This document shows, piece by piece, positions 1 through 10,123 of a DNA stretch of 64,000 bases (the stretch's first letter is position 1; each line of letters opens with the position of its first letter). The position numbers and the translations under genes were made by a program. The notes beneath the pieces are model-generated. The model saw nothing but the letters and a program-made list of their open reading frames with translations. It was not told the DNA's origin and made no database searches. The stretch is from an uncultured delta proteobacterium (lineage in GTDB: Bacteria > Desulfobacterota > WTBG01 > CAIYCZ01 > CAIRTM01). The DNA lies in contig CAWDSQ010000001.1 in the NCBI GenBank assembly GCA_963804955.1, positions 96,001-160,000 of the forward strand, written 5' to 3'.

Positions 1-1308
1 GCCACCCGCAAAAAATACGGCCAGCAGAAGCCGCTCAAAGGCCTCAAGATCACGGGCAGCCTGCATATGACCATCGAAACAGCCATGCTGATCGAGACCC
101 TTCATAAGCTCGGAGCTGATATACGCTGGGCCTCCTGCAATATTTTTTCGACGCAGGACTATGCTGCCGCAGCCATTGCCAAAGCAGGCACGGCTGCCGT
201 TTTTGCCTGGAAAGGCGAATCCCTTGAGGAATACTGGTGGTGCACCGAGATGGCCCTCACCTGGCCCGACGGTTCCGGCCCCGACCTGATCGTCGACGAC
301 GGCGGCGACGCCACGCTCTATATACACCTCGGGGTCAAGTGCGAAAAGAATCCGGCGCTGCTGAAAAAAAAGCAGGAGCACCGCGAGATGCAGATCATCA
401 TGGACCGGCTCACTGCCAATTATAAAGAGAACCCCAGGCGCTGGCAGAAGGTGGCGCAGAAAATCCGCGGCGTCTCCGAGGAAACCACCACGGGCGTGCA
501 CCGGCTTTACAAGATGATGGAAGACAAAGAGCTGCTGTTCCCGGCCATCAATGTGAACGATTCGGTCACCAAGTCCAAGTTCGATAATCTCTACGGCTGC
601 CGCGAATCGCTTATGGACGGCATCAAGCGCGCAACCGATGTGATGATTGCCGGCAAGACCTGCGTGGTGCTTGGCTACGGCGATGTGGGCAAGGGCTGCT
701 CGCAGGCGCTCAAGAGCTTCGGCGCCCGCGTGATTGTGACCGAAATCGACCCCATCTGCGCCCTGCAGGCGCTCATGGGCGGCTATGAAGTGCTGCCCAT
801 GGAAGAGGTGGTGCATTTTGCCGACCTCTTCGTCACCACCACAGGCAATTTCCATGTGGTGACGGGCAAGCATATGGAGAAGATGAAGAACGAGGCCATA
901 CTGTGCAATATCGGCCATTTCGACAGTGAAATCGACATGGCATACCTTGAGAAGAATGCAAAAAGGTTTCCGGTCAAGCCCATGGTCGATAAGTGGAAGC
1001 TCAAGAGCGGCCGTTCCATCATCGTGCTGGCGGAAGGCCGTTTGGTGAACCTGGGATGTGCCACGGGCCACCCGAGTTTTGTCATGAGCAACAGCTTCAC
1101 CAACCAGGTGCTTGCGCAGCTCGAGCTTGCCACCAACAAAAAGCTTGAGAAAAAGGTCTACACGCTTCCGAAAAAACTCGACGAGGAAGTTGCCCGGCTG
1201 CATCTTGACCGGCTCGGCGCAAAGCTGACCAGGCTCACCAGGCAGCAGGCCGATTATATCGGCGTGCCGATTGAAGGGCCCTACAAGGCGGAGCACTATA
1301 GATATTAA
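1..1308 (+). CDS. ahcY: S-adenosyl-L-homocysteine hydrolase (5'-truncated by window edge)
   Basis: Frame open from base 1 ([28 protein letters not shown]); motifs [53 protein letters not shown]-terminal HYRY. Confidence 0.98.
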   Translation, partial: ATRKKYGQQKPLKGLKITGSLHMTIETAMLIETLHKLGADIRWASCNIFSTQDYAAAAIAKAGTAAVFAWKGESLEEYWWCTEMALTWPDGSGPDLIVDDGGDATLYIHLGVKCEKNPALLKKKQEHREMQIIMDRLTANYKENPRRWQKVAQKIRGVSEETTTGVHRLYKMMEDKELLFPAINVNDSVTKSKFDNLYGCRESLMDGIKRATDVMIAGKTCVVLGYGDVGKGCSQALKSFGARVIVTEIDPICALQALMGGYEVLPMEEVVHFADLFVTTTGNFHVVTGKHMEKMKNEAILCNIGHFDSEIDMAYLEKNAKRFPVKPMVDKWKLKSGRSIIVLAEGRLVNLGCATGHPSFVMSNSFTNQVLAQLELATNKKLEKKVYTLPKKLDEEVARLHLDRLGAKLTRLTRQQADYIGVPIEGPYKAEHYRY

Positions 1309-1355
1309 ACTTTAGGATTTTGGCATTAAGAAAATCCGATTATTGCGGACACATG

Positions 1356-1396
1356 AAGCTGTTAAGCTCCGGCATGGTGAGCTTAACAGCTTTTTT
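1356..1396 (+). terminator. Rho-independent terminator after ahcY
   Basis: AAGCTGTTAAGCTC-9 nt-GAGCTTAACAGCTT followed by T run. Confidence 0.8.
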
Positions 1397-1610
1397 ATTG
1401 TTCACTAGCATGGTCACTCTGGAGCAATTGAATTTTGAGATGCCCCATAGCCACAGGATGGAAACCATCCACGGAAATCCTGAAGGGTGCTGCATTTTTC
1501 AGATTCTGCAGTTACTTTGGGGAGCGCAACTTTTTACAAGTCTGCGCTGCTTGTCCGTTGCATGTATTCTTTTTGCTGACAGGGCTCTGTCCGCGCTGCA
1601 GGTATGGTCT

Positions 1611-1964
1611 TTACAGCAGGGATAATCTTTTTATCTCCTGGCGGTTGTCCTCAACATAGTTCTTTATTTTTTCCTGATGCTCAAGCAGAAGTTTCGTAAA
1701 CTGTATGCCCATCCCGGCAGGGAAAACTTTGGATTTTGGATTTGTCCAGACCACACGGCCTTCAATCGTCATAGTCTCCTGATCATCTGGCAGACGTATA
1801 TGCATAGTAACTTCCGCATCGATAGCCAAAGGTTTATCAGTCTTCAAAAAAAGGCCGCCATTATTCACATTAAGCATATACGATTTTACAAAAGAGCCCT
1901 TTTCCCGAAACATTATTTCTATGTTTGTTCCTATACGGGGGCTTTCGCGTTCCTTCTCAATCAT
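1611..1964 (-). CDS. PilZ-domain protein (TIGR02266-like)
   Basis: RESPR (RxxxR) and NVNNGG motif; GRVVW...GMGIQF; start moved to ATG 1964 with AAAGGA upstream. Confidence 0.85.
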   Translation of the reverse strand: MIEKERESPRIGTNIEIMFREKGSFVKSYMLNVNNGGLFLKTDKPLAIDAEVTMHIRLPDDQETMTIEGRVVWTNPKSKVFPAGMGIQFTKLLLEHQEKIKNYVEDNRQEIKRLSLL

Positions 1965-2108
1965 CCATAGTCCTTTAAAATAATATGTTCGTGTTGCTCT
2001 GTGCAAAATATTTATCGAAGCTCATACTAGCGGCTGCATAGCACCTGTCATAGTATTGATTGGCCTCGAAAGTCCCAGGGTACATTTCTTATGAGCCGTA
2101 CCGCAGAC

Positions 2109-2450
2109 TCACGGGGTCTTTTTAACGAGCTGCCGGATCATGCTGTCACTGAGCATATCCGTAAACCTGACGCCGGTTATCAACTCATTGAAGCGCTGCT
2201 TGGTCCACATGATTTCCGCCTCAGTGGCAATGCGCATGATCGTATTGGGTATGGCTATATCCATAACAACAACAGCCCCTCTCTGCAGGCTTTCTGTGCG
2301 CGGAAAGCAGGCTGTCGCGCCGCTTGAGCTCAGATTGGTTATCCGGCAGCCCTGATGCTGTGCGCCCTGCCTCTTGATGCTGTACGTGGCGTTCAGGTCA
2401 ACTGTAAAACGTTCATGGAAGCGCATCTTTGCATATAAAGTTTCCCCCAT
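2109..2450 (-). CDS. PilZ-domain protein
   Basis: RFHER (RxxxR), NLSSSG (NxSxxG), GVRF; GGAGG SD before ATG 2450. Confidence 0.85.
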   Translation of the reverse strand: MGETLYAKMRFHERFTVDLNATYSIKRQGAQHQGCRITNLSSSGATACFPRTESLQRGAVVVMDIAIPNTIMRIATEAEIMWTKQRFNELITGVRFTDMLSDSMIRQLVKKTP

Positions 2451-2500
2451 GTTCTGCAAGCCTCCTGTGCTGTGTGATGTCTCTACGCACGGCAACCGGA

Positions 2501-2920
2501 TTACGCATGCTTGTTTTGCGTAACCCCGTTTGTCTTCATTCTACCGGGCAGGCACTGTATGGTCGCTTGAATCAGATCGTCTTGTTTGAAGGGTTTTCTC
2601 ACGTACCCATCATACATACCATCGATCCGCTCCTCTACCTCCCAACGTTCCTGACCTGTAATAATAAGTATTGGAATGTCTTTGACAGCTCCATCCTTTT
2701 TAAGGATGGCTGCCGCTTCAAATCCGTTCAAAACCGGCATCTGTATGTCCAGCAGAATCAAGTCCGGTGTGCAGGCACGGGCCATCGTAACTGCATCCTG
2801 TCCGTTAACCGCCTCGATCAACGCAAAGTCGTATTCCTCGTAAAACGATTTGATCAGATCACGAATGACGAAATTATCGTCGACAATCAGTATGCACGGC
2901 TTTTCACAATTTACAGTCAT
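2501..2920 (-). CDS. Single-domain response regulator (receiver)
   Basis: ILIVDD, PDLILLDIQMPVLNG, YVRKPF. Confidence 0.92.
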   Translation of the reverse strand: MTVNCEKPCILIVDDNFVIRDLIKSFYEEYDFALIEAVNGQDAVTMARACTPDLILLDIQMPVLNGFEAAAILKKDGAVKDIPILIITGQERWEVEERIDGMYDGYVRKPFKQDDLIQATIQCLPGRMKTNGVTQNKHA

Positions 2921-3511
2921 AGTAATCCTCGGATCCGTACTGGATGCACCGGTTGCAAAGACAGCGCGCGTTAGCAGTGTGTGTCTGTATGGGCAAAGCC
3001 GTGTGCTTCTTGTGAAAAAAGCTTTTTGGTTGCAATGAAAAAAATAATTATATATTTATATTATTTAAATCATGAATGCACAATAGCACGAAAGGGTGCT
3101 TTTTAAGCACCTTAGTGCCTTTGATATACAACTCATAGGGGGAGGAAAGATGTGTGGGTGCATTATTTTTCTACCGGTGCTTTGCAAAAGCAGGGAACCG
3201 GGTTTGTGGGAACCTTATAGAAATATGAATTTCTTTTCCCTGCGCCCTGCTGCATCTTATGCTTACCACGCATACATCCGAGCGTTTTTTTTTGCCGTAT
3301 AACCGGCTATGCGCCCGGGCCGTGCTTCCGCTGCCGTAAGGCCATACAGGCGTTTTATAGACAGACTGAAACCGGGGAGGAAAGGTCTCTTTCTGCTCAT
3401 CGGCAAGGCCTTCTTTCGTCTCGACCCCCAAGACTTTTTGATGCCGAAACCGGACGGATATGATAAGAAGCAAATCGGGGCCTTTAAACATTACTGAGAA
3501 AGGATAGAGCC

Positions 3512-4420
3512 ATGTCAGCAAAAATAATAAACGGAACGGAAATAGCAGCGCAGATTCGCGAAGAGTTGCGCTCCGAGGTGGCAGAGCTGAAGCAGCAGCG
3601 CGGGGTGGTGCCGGGACTTGTCACCATACTGGTGGGGGAGAATCCCGCATCGGTCAGCTATGTAACGGCAAAGCAGAAGACTTCTCATGAGCTGGGTTTT
3701 TATTCCATCCAGGACAATCAGCCTGCCGACGTTACAGAAGAACAGCTGCTGAAGCTGATCCAGCAGTATAATCAAGACCCGAAAATCCATGGCATACTGG
3801 TGCAGCTGCCCCTGCCCAGGCATATTGATGAAAAGAAGGTTCTCAATGCCCTCGACCCTGATAAGGATGTGGATGCTTTTCATCCGGTCAATGTGGGCAG
3901 GCTCTTGATTGGCGGCGATGAGGCAAGGTTTCTGCCCTGCACCCCGGCAGGCATACAGGAGCTGATCGCACGCTCAGGCTATAAAACTGACGGGGCAGAG
4001 GTGGTCGTGGTGGGTAGGTCAAATATTGTCGGCAAGCCCATTGCCAATATCCTGCTGCAAAAAGCGCCCAAGGCAAACGCTACGGTGACCATCGTGCATA
4101 CCGGCACCAAAGACATGGCAAGCCACTGCAAGCGTGCCGATATTTTGATCGTGGCTGCGGGCGTGCCCAATCTGGTCAAGCCGGAATGGATAAAGCCGGG
4201 GGCCTGCGTCATCGATGTGGGTGTCAACCGCGTTGGGGAAAAGATCAGCGAAAAGACCGGTAAAAAGATCGCCATTCTGAAGGGCGATGTCGATTTTGAT
4301 GCTGCAAAAGAAATTGCCGGCGCCATTACGCCTGTGCCGGGCGGCGTGGGTCCCATGACCATAACCATGCTTATGGCCAATACGGTCAGGGCGGCCAAGC
4401 TCGCCAATCCGCTGACTTAA
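3512..4420 (+). CDS. folD: Bifunctional methylenetetrahydrofolate dehydrogenase/cyclohydrolase
   Basis: GILVQLPLP, KDVDAFH, PCTPAG, GRSNIVGKP, ITPVPGGVGPMT. Confidence 0.97.
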   Translation: MSAKIINGTEIAAQIREELRSEVAELKQQRGVVPGLVTILVGENPASVSYVTAKQKTSHELGFYSIQDNQPADVTEEQLLKLIQQYNQDPKIHGILVQLPLPRHIDEKKVLNALDPDKDVDAFHPVNVGRLLIGGDEARFLPCTPAGIQELIARSGYKTDGAEVVVVGRSNIVGKPIANILLQKAPKANATVTIVHTGTKDMASHCKRADILIVAAGVPNLVKPEWIKPGACVIDVGVNRVGEKISEKTGKKIAILKGDVDFDAAKEIAGAITPVPGGVGPMTITMLMANTVRAAKLANPLT

Positions 4421-4510
4421 GTGTCAAAAGTATAGATAAAAAGTTTTATTGTAAGAACAGGGTAAGGTTTTAGAAAAAAAGCTATTTTTTAATTATTGAG
4501 TATTTTTTTA

Positions 4511-4540
4511 TTGACGAACCATAAAGGTCATTTGTAGTAT
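4511..4540 (+). promoter_or_regulatory. Putative sigma70 promoter of cytochrome gene
   Basis: TTGACG-N18-TAGTAT in AT-rich intergenic region; AAGGGAGG SD downstream. Confidence 0.45.
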
Positions 4541-4615
4541 GGCGCTAAAATAGTATTTAATAGCCCTGTTTTTTGCTGTACGTTCCAAAAAGTCATTACA
4601 AGGGAGGAGAAAAAA

Positions 4616-5716
4616 ATGGAAAAAAGAAGTATGCGGCTGTTAAGCTTCACCCTTATTTTGCTGCTGGTAGTCTTTTCGGCTACGGCATGTAAGAAAAAAA
4701 AGGCGACGAAGGACTGGAATACTTCAAGTCATGCTGACACAGAGTCGATGGCGTTCAGGGATTGGGACACTCCCGCCAATCCCACTGCCGTTGTGAACCC
4801 GGCTTGTGCAAGCTGCCACTCGACTGTGGGCTTTACCGAATATTTAACAACGAACAACCGCACCATTGAGAACTCGCCTCTTGCTACGACAAATGACGGC
4901 ATAACCTGCGATGCATGCCATTCTGATGCAGCAGATGCCGTGACAGATGTAACGTTTACGGCCTCCGGCCAAACGATTGCCGATGCCGGCGCCTCCGCGC
5001 GCCTCTGCGGCCAGTGCCATCAGGGCCGTACATGGTATGGCTCTGTCGATACGCAGATCAAAAAGGCATATCCCACTGGCGACAATGCCTCCACCGTAGA
5101 CAAGATATCAAGCAAGATCGGCTCCAGCAATCCGCATTACCGCGCAGCCTTTGCAGCCATCAAGGCAAGCAAGTCTCAAATCGGCTATAATTACGGGTCG
5201 ACGCTGATTAATGTGGATTCCCCTCATGCGGCAGGAACAGACTGCATGTACTGCCACAACCAGCATTCAACCGCAATCAATGTCGGCCGAAACGGCAGGA
5301 ACTGCGATCCCTGCCACAGCTTTACTTCAGCCGGGGATGTAGCTGAGGATGCAGTGGTGGCGCCGAAGAAGGAGGCACTTGATACGCAGGCTGCCGAGCT
5401 CTTGAGAGTTATCCAGGCATATGCTGCCGACAACGAAACCAGGAATTCTTCAGACAACGCGACCAAGGAAAAGGCCTGCATCGCCTATGACGATGCAACA
5501 TATCCCTACTGGTTCAAAGATGCCGACTGCGATGCTACGGCCGATAATGCCACGAGCAGCGGTGCATATGAATCTTTCACCCCGCGCCTTGCAAAAGCAT
5601 GCTACAACTACCTGATCTATACGAAGGACCCCGGACTGTATGCACACAACCAGCCGTATGGCGTAGCGATTCTTACGGCTTCGATTCTTAACATTAAGCT
5701 GTACAAGAACTACTAA
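4616..5716 (+). CDS. Pentaheme c-type cytochrome lipoprotein
   Basis: Lipoprotein-type signal ending SATAC; CASCH, CDACH, CGQCH, CMYCH, CDPCH; C-terminal YNY...DPGLYAHN motif typical of membrane-associated polyheme cytochromes. Confidence 0.88.
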   Translation: MEKRSMRLLSFTLILLLVVFSATACKKKKATKDWNTSSHADTESMAFRDWDTPANPTAVVNPACASCHSTVGFTEYLTTNNRTIENSPLATTNDGITCDACHSDAADAVTDVTFTASGQTIADAGASARLCGQCHQGRTWYGSVDTQIKKAYPTGDNASTVDKISSKIGSSNPHYRAAFAAIKASKSQIGYNYGSTLINVDSPHAAGTDCMYCHNQHSTAINVGRNGRNCDPCHSFTSAGDVAEDAVVAPKKEALDTQAAELLRVIQAYAADNETRNSSDNATKEKACIAYDDATYPYWFKDADCDATADNATSSGAYESFTPRLAKACYNYLIYTKDPGLYAHNQPYGVAILTASILNIKLYKNY

Positions 5717-5738
5717 GCTTGCAGGCTACAGGTGCCAC

Positions 5739-5773
5739 AAAAGGGAAGCCGTGAAAACGGCTCCCCTTTTTTT
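5739..5773. terminator. Terminator between convergent genes
   Basis: AAAAGGGAAGCCGT-GAAA-ACGGCTCCCCTTTTTTT. Confidence 0.8.
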
Positions 5774-5874
5774 ATCAGGAGGCAGGGAAGGAGAAATGTT
5801 TGATCTGCCCGTGCCCGCTTCCGGGAGCATTTCGGTTTTTCTGCAACAAAAGCCAATGACCTGAAATACCGGGC

Positions 5875-6438
5875 CTAAACGGGCTCCACATCGGCTGCGT
5901 CGATGCGTACCGAGGCGCCCTGCCGGAGTATATCGATGGAGAGAACGAGCATATGCTGCCCGCGTTTCTCAACCAGTATTCCCTCAACGCCCGCAAGCGG
6001 CCCCCATTTGATCCGCACCCTCCGGCCTTCCTGCAAGTAGGGATACGGCTCGATGTCTTTGCCTGCTGCCACAAGATTTTTCAGCGATGCAATCTGGCTC
6101 TCGGGTACCGGTTCGGGCGGGCCGGGCCGGCTGCTCAAAAATTTCACGACGCCGGGTGTTTTTAAAACCGGCAAAAAAGCATCCTTGCGGCTGCAGATAT
6201 GCACAAACAGATAGCCGGGAAACAGCGGGAAGGTGACAAGCTTTTTTCGGTCTTTCCAGCGGCTCAGCCTGGTTATCGCAGGCAGAAATGTTTCAATCCG
6301 CGCGCTTGCCAGATACTCATGCACGCGGAATTCATGGCGTGATCTCACATACGCGGCATACCAGAACAGCCCGTCTGCCGCCTGCGTGGTATCGCAGGGC
6401 TGTTCAACAGTTGATTCGGTCAAGACACAATGCTCCAA
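5875..6438 (-). CDS. NusG-paralog antiterminator (UpxY/LoaP/RfaH-like)
   Basis: WYAAYVRSRHE, PLFPGYLFV (NGN domain); GRRVRIKWGPLAGVEG (KOW). Confidence 0.9.
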   Translation of the reverse strand: MEHCVLTESTVEQPCDTTQAADGLFWYAAYVRSRHEFRVHEYLASARIETFLPAITRLSRWKDRKKLVTFPLFPGYLFVHICSRKDAFLPVLKTPGVVKFLSSRPGPPEPVPESQIASLKNLVAAGKDIEPYPYLQEGRRVRIKWGPLAGVEGILVEKRGQHMLVLSIDILRQGASVRIDAADVEPV

Positions 6439-6453
6439 GGGTGGGTTAACGAA

Positions 6454-7825
6454 CTACTCTTCCAGAGATGCCGAGCGGCTCTGCAGCCACTGCATGAATG
6501 CGCTGACACACTCCGGGCAGAGCTCTTCGCCGGCGGCTTCTTCTATGATCGTCATCGCCCGCTCACGGGCAACGCCCCGGCGATAGGGCCGGTCGCTGAT
6601 AATAGTGTGATAAATATCGGCAACGGCGATGATGCGGGCAAAGATGGGAATGTGCGAACCTTTGAGCCCGTCAGGATAGCCCTGGCCGTTCATGCGCTCA
6701 TGATGATACAGCACGCCGGGGACTATTGCCGCCAGGCTCGGGATGGGGCTTAAAATCTCGGCGCCGATAATCGGATGGCGCTGTATGGCGGCAAACTCCT
6801 GCGTCGTGAGCTTTTCAGGCTTCAGGAGAATATCGTCACGGATGCCGATTTTGCCGAGATCGTGGAGTCTTGCTGCAATGTAAATGGTATCGATCTCATC
6901 CTTGGGGAAATCCATGATCGATGCAATACCGATAGAAACCTCGGCAACCGTTTCCGAGTGGCCCCGCGTGTAGATGTCGCGTGCCTCGAGGGCCTGCACC
7001 AGGCTGGCAATGCTGCCGAGCATCAGGGAGCGCTCCATATCGAGGCGCTCTTTTTCCTTGAGCAACAGCTGAAAATGGTCCGACAGCAGCTTCTCCGCCG
7101 TTATGACGAGCTGCTCGGTATTGAACGGTTTTTCAAGAAACGCGCAGGCTCCCCGCGACATCATGCGCCGGATGACGGATCGCTCGCCCGCCGTGCTCAT
7201 GACCACAAAGGGGATTGCGGCCCATTCAGGCTTCGTTTTCAGGGCGGAACACAGCTCGTAGCCGTCCATTTCAGGCATGGTGATGTCGCTGATAATAAGG
7301 TCGGGCCTGTGCAGCCTGAGCTGCTCGAGAGCTTTGAAGCCGTTTTCTGCGGTGATGACATTAAACCCGGCCCGGGCAAGTCCTTCGCGGGCAATAGTGC
7401 GGATGAGCCGTGAATCATCAACGACAAGAACCATGCGGTCGCGCAGGAAAAAAGAACGGTTGAGCTCGTCGTCAATATGCCGCAGCAGCTCCTGCCTCGA
7501 AACACTTTTCTATATCCTCTTCCGTGTCATGGGAGCTGACAATAATAACGGGTGTTGATTTGGTTGCAGGGCTCGACTTCAGCTGTCTGCACAGCTCAAA
7601 GCCGTCGAGGCCGGGCAGCGTGATATCGGTTATGATGAGATCGAAGCGCTGTTGCGCGGCAATGTCGAGCCCTGTCGTGCCATCCTCTGCTTCCGTGACC
7701 GCTAGACCCAGTTTTTGCAGCTCGCGGGACAGGCCCTGCCGTATGGTGAGGCTGTCGTCAATAACAAGAACCCTGACGTCGGGATCAGGGCTTCCGACCT
7801 TGTCTACGATGTCCAGTGAGGTCAT
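6454..7825 (-). CDS. REC-REC-HD-GYP c-di-GMP phosphodiesterase (frame break near 7490)
   Basis: REC1 (VLVIDD..DLIITD) 7825-7490; linker QELLRHIDDELNRSFFLRDR in next frame; REC2; HDLGK, HHERMNGQGYP. Confidence 0.88.
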
Positions 7826-8076
7826 AGAGAAAAGCCTGTGCCGGGTGGATACATGCCCGATAAGTATAGTGCTAATAAAACGGGGAATCAAGGAGCATTT
7901 TGCCGTGAGGCTTGCCGGCGCATGCATGCACGCGCCGGCTGCAGGTTTGCGTTGCGCAAGAACCGTGCTCTGTGGACATATGTCCGGATCGCGCTTTTTA
8001 CAAACAATAAATCTTGACCCCTGTATTGTTTTCCGGCTATAGTTTTTTAAACTACATCAGCTACGGAGCCTTGCGC

Positions 8077-8742
8077 ATGCCAGCACGGGCAGCCTCCTTA
8101 AAAGAACGTACGGACCGCGCCGCAAAAATCGTGGCGCGTCTGCGCTTGCACTATCCCCACAGCAGGTCATCCCTTGACTCCACAACGCCCCTTGAACTGC
8201 TTGTGGCAACGATGCTTTCTGCGCAGTGCACCGACAAGAAGGTCAACGAAGTAACCAAACCCCTGTTTAAAAAATACCGCAGCGCCCGTGATTTTGCCTG
8301 CGCCCGGCAGACAGTGCTTGAGCAGGAAGTGCATCAGACCGGTTTTTTCCGCATGAAAGCAAAAAACATCATCGCGGCGGCGCAGCGCCTGTGCAGCGTG
8401 TATGGCGGCACGGTGCCCGACACCATGGCGGATCTGGTCAGTCTGCCCGGCGTGGCGCGCAAAACAGCCAATATTGTTCTTTCAAGCGCTTTCAATAAAG
8501 CCGAAGGCATAGCAGTCGACGTGCATGTCAAGCGTCTGGCAGGCAGGCTCGGCCTGAGCGCCCAGAGCAATACCGATAAAATCGAGCAGGACCTCATGGC
8601 GCTGCTGCCCCGTCACGACTGGATAGATTTTAATTATCTGATTGTTGATCATGGCCGCGCCGTGTGCATGGCGCGCAAGCCGAACTGCGCTGCATGCGTG
8701 CTGCGCGACATATGCCCGTCGGCAGGCATGTTTCAGTCTTGA
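8077..8742 (+). CDS. nth: Endonuclease III
   Basis: LSAQCTD, HhH LPGVARKTAN, AVDVHV, CMARKPNCAACVLRDIC FeS motif. Confidence 0.96.
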   Translation: MPARAASLKERTDRAAKIVARLRLHYPHSRSSLDSTTPLELLVATMLSAQCTDKKVNEVTKPLFKKYRSARDFACARQTVLEQEVHQTGFFRMKAKNIIAAAQRLCSVYGGTVPDTMADLVSLPGVARKTANIVLSSAFNKAEGIAVDVHVKRLAGRLGLSAQSNTDKIEQDLMALLPRHDWIDFNYLIVDHGRAVCMARKPNCAACVLRDICPSAGMFQS

Positions 8743-8885
8743 GCGTCAGTTGAGCGCAGCGGGCACTATGTAAAAAAATAATAGATTTCCGTATGGTTTT
8801 AGTAAATAATAGCACGCAATATAGAGGCATACCGGTCTATACACGTATGCTACGCAAGTAAAAACCCGAGACGGGGGAGCATCTC

Positions 8886-10061
8886 ATGTACTGTGAAAAT
8901 TGCCAGCTTGAAATTAAAGAACAGGAAGAAAAGCAGTGTCCTCTCTGCGGCGGTCCGCTCAGCGAATCAGCTGAGGCAGGAACTGTGCCCGACATCACTG
9001 CCGGCATTGATTTTGAATCGCTCATGCAGGATGATGGACCCGCATTTGTTCTAGACGATGAAGACGAGAGCGAAGAGCCTGCGGCCAAGGCAGCGCCGGT
9101 GCCGTACAGCCTCGAAACAAACGTGAAGGAGCAGGATGCCAGTGCTGTTGATTTAGCGCAGACATCGGGCACCATAGCTTTTTCCGATGATTCATCAGCC
9201 GATATGCTTGACCAGGTTCTTCAGGAATATGATCCCCTGGTTGACGAGCATTTTAAGGTGAAAAAAGCCGGCTCAAAATCCACGACTACCCTGCTGCTGC
9301 TCCTGCTGCTTGTCTGCGCGCTTGGCGGGGGGGCATATTACTTTGTAATGATGCAGGAGCAGGAGGACCCAGCGCCTGCCGTGCCGGTGCGGATTGCCCA
9401 GGCACAAAAGAAGGATGCCGTGCTTGACAAAGTGCTGAGAAAGGAACCGCTGTCAGCCCGGCAGCAAGCCGCCGATAATGCTACGCAGGCGGCCAAAAAG
9501 CCTGACGAGGCGCAGCCTGCGCAAACAGCGGAAAAAAAGATAGAGGCGCCCGTTATTGCCGAGCAGCAACCCGTTGAGCCGGCTGCTCCTTCAAAAATGC
9601 CTGAAAAGGCCGCGCTTCAGGACAAGCGTCAACCAGAAGCGGCCATGGGAAAAACAGTGCCGGCCCCTTCTGCGCCACAGGCTGCAGTAGCCCCGGCCCC
9701 TCCAGCAGTACCGGCGCAGCGGCCTGCACCGGCGGCTAAGCCTGCTGCCGAAGAGGCAAAAAAATCGACAGAGCCTGCAGCTGCTCCAGTTGCAAAGCCG
9801 CAAGTCGCTGCCGCAGGTAAGCCGGTATTTTCTGTGCTTACCGGCTCCTTTCGCAGTCAGAGCAATGCTGAGGCTGAAGCGGGCAGGATTCGCAAACTCG
9901 GTTTAGATGCCCGTACGGTACAGGTTGATCTTAAGGGAAAAGGCCAATGGCACCGCGTGCTCATCGGCTCATGGACGCGCCGCGCCGAGGCTCTGCAGGC
10001 GGTCAATGATGTGCGTCGCAAGACTGGCAAAAAGGATGCAAGCGTCATTGCAGCTGAATAA
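8886..10061 (+). CDS. Membrane-anchored SPOR-domain protein with N-terminal zinc ribbon
   Basis: CENC...CPLCG; acidic region; single TM; Pro/Ala-rich linker; SPOR GSFRSQSNA...WHRVLIG. Confidence 0.85.
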   Translation: MYCENCQLEIKEQEEKQCPLCGGPLSESAEAGTVPDITAGIDFESLMQDDGPAFVLDDEDESEEPAAKAAPVPYSLETNVKEQDASAVDLAQTSGTIAFSDDSSADMLDQVLQEYDPLVDEHFKVKKAGSKSTTTLLLLLLLVCALGGGAYYFVMMQEQEDPAPAVPVRIAQAQKKDAVLDKVLRKEPLSARQQAADNATQAAKKPDEAQPAQTAEKKIEAPVIAEQQPVEPAAPSKMPEKAALQDKRQPEAAMGKTVPAPSAPQAAVAPAPPAVPAQRPAPAAKPAAEEAKKSTEPAAAPVAKPQVAAAGKPVFSVLTGSFRSQSNAEAEAGRIRKLGLDARTVQVDLKGKGQWHRVLIGSWTRRAEALQAVNDVRRKTGKKDASVIAAE

Positions 10062-10123
10062 ATCAGTTTGAGCAGGCAGGCGCAGGCCGATGGCAGGCAA
10101 GGAGCGGAAACAGCTGATCCTTT

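Noticed and set aside
3180..3510. ZTP or THF riboswitch upstream of folD
   Set aside because: Only fragments (GTGGGAACC, CGCCCGGGC) resemble the ZTP motif; the conserved GACTGGCG segment and spacing were not found. An Rfam scan would settle it.
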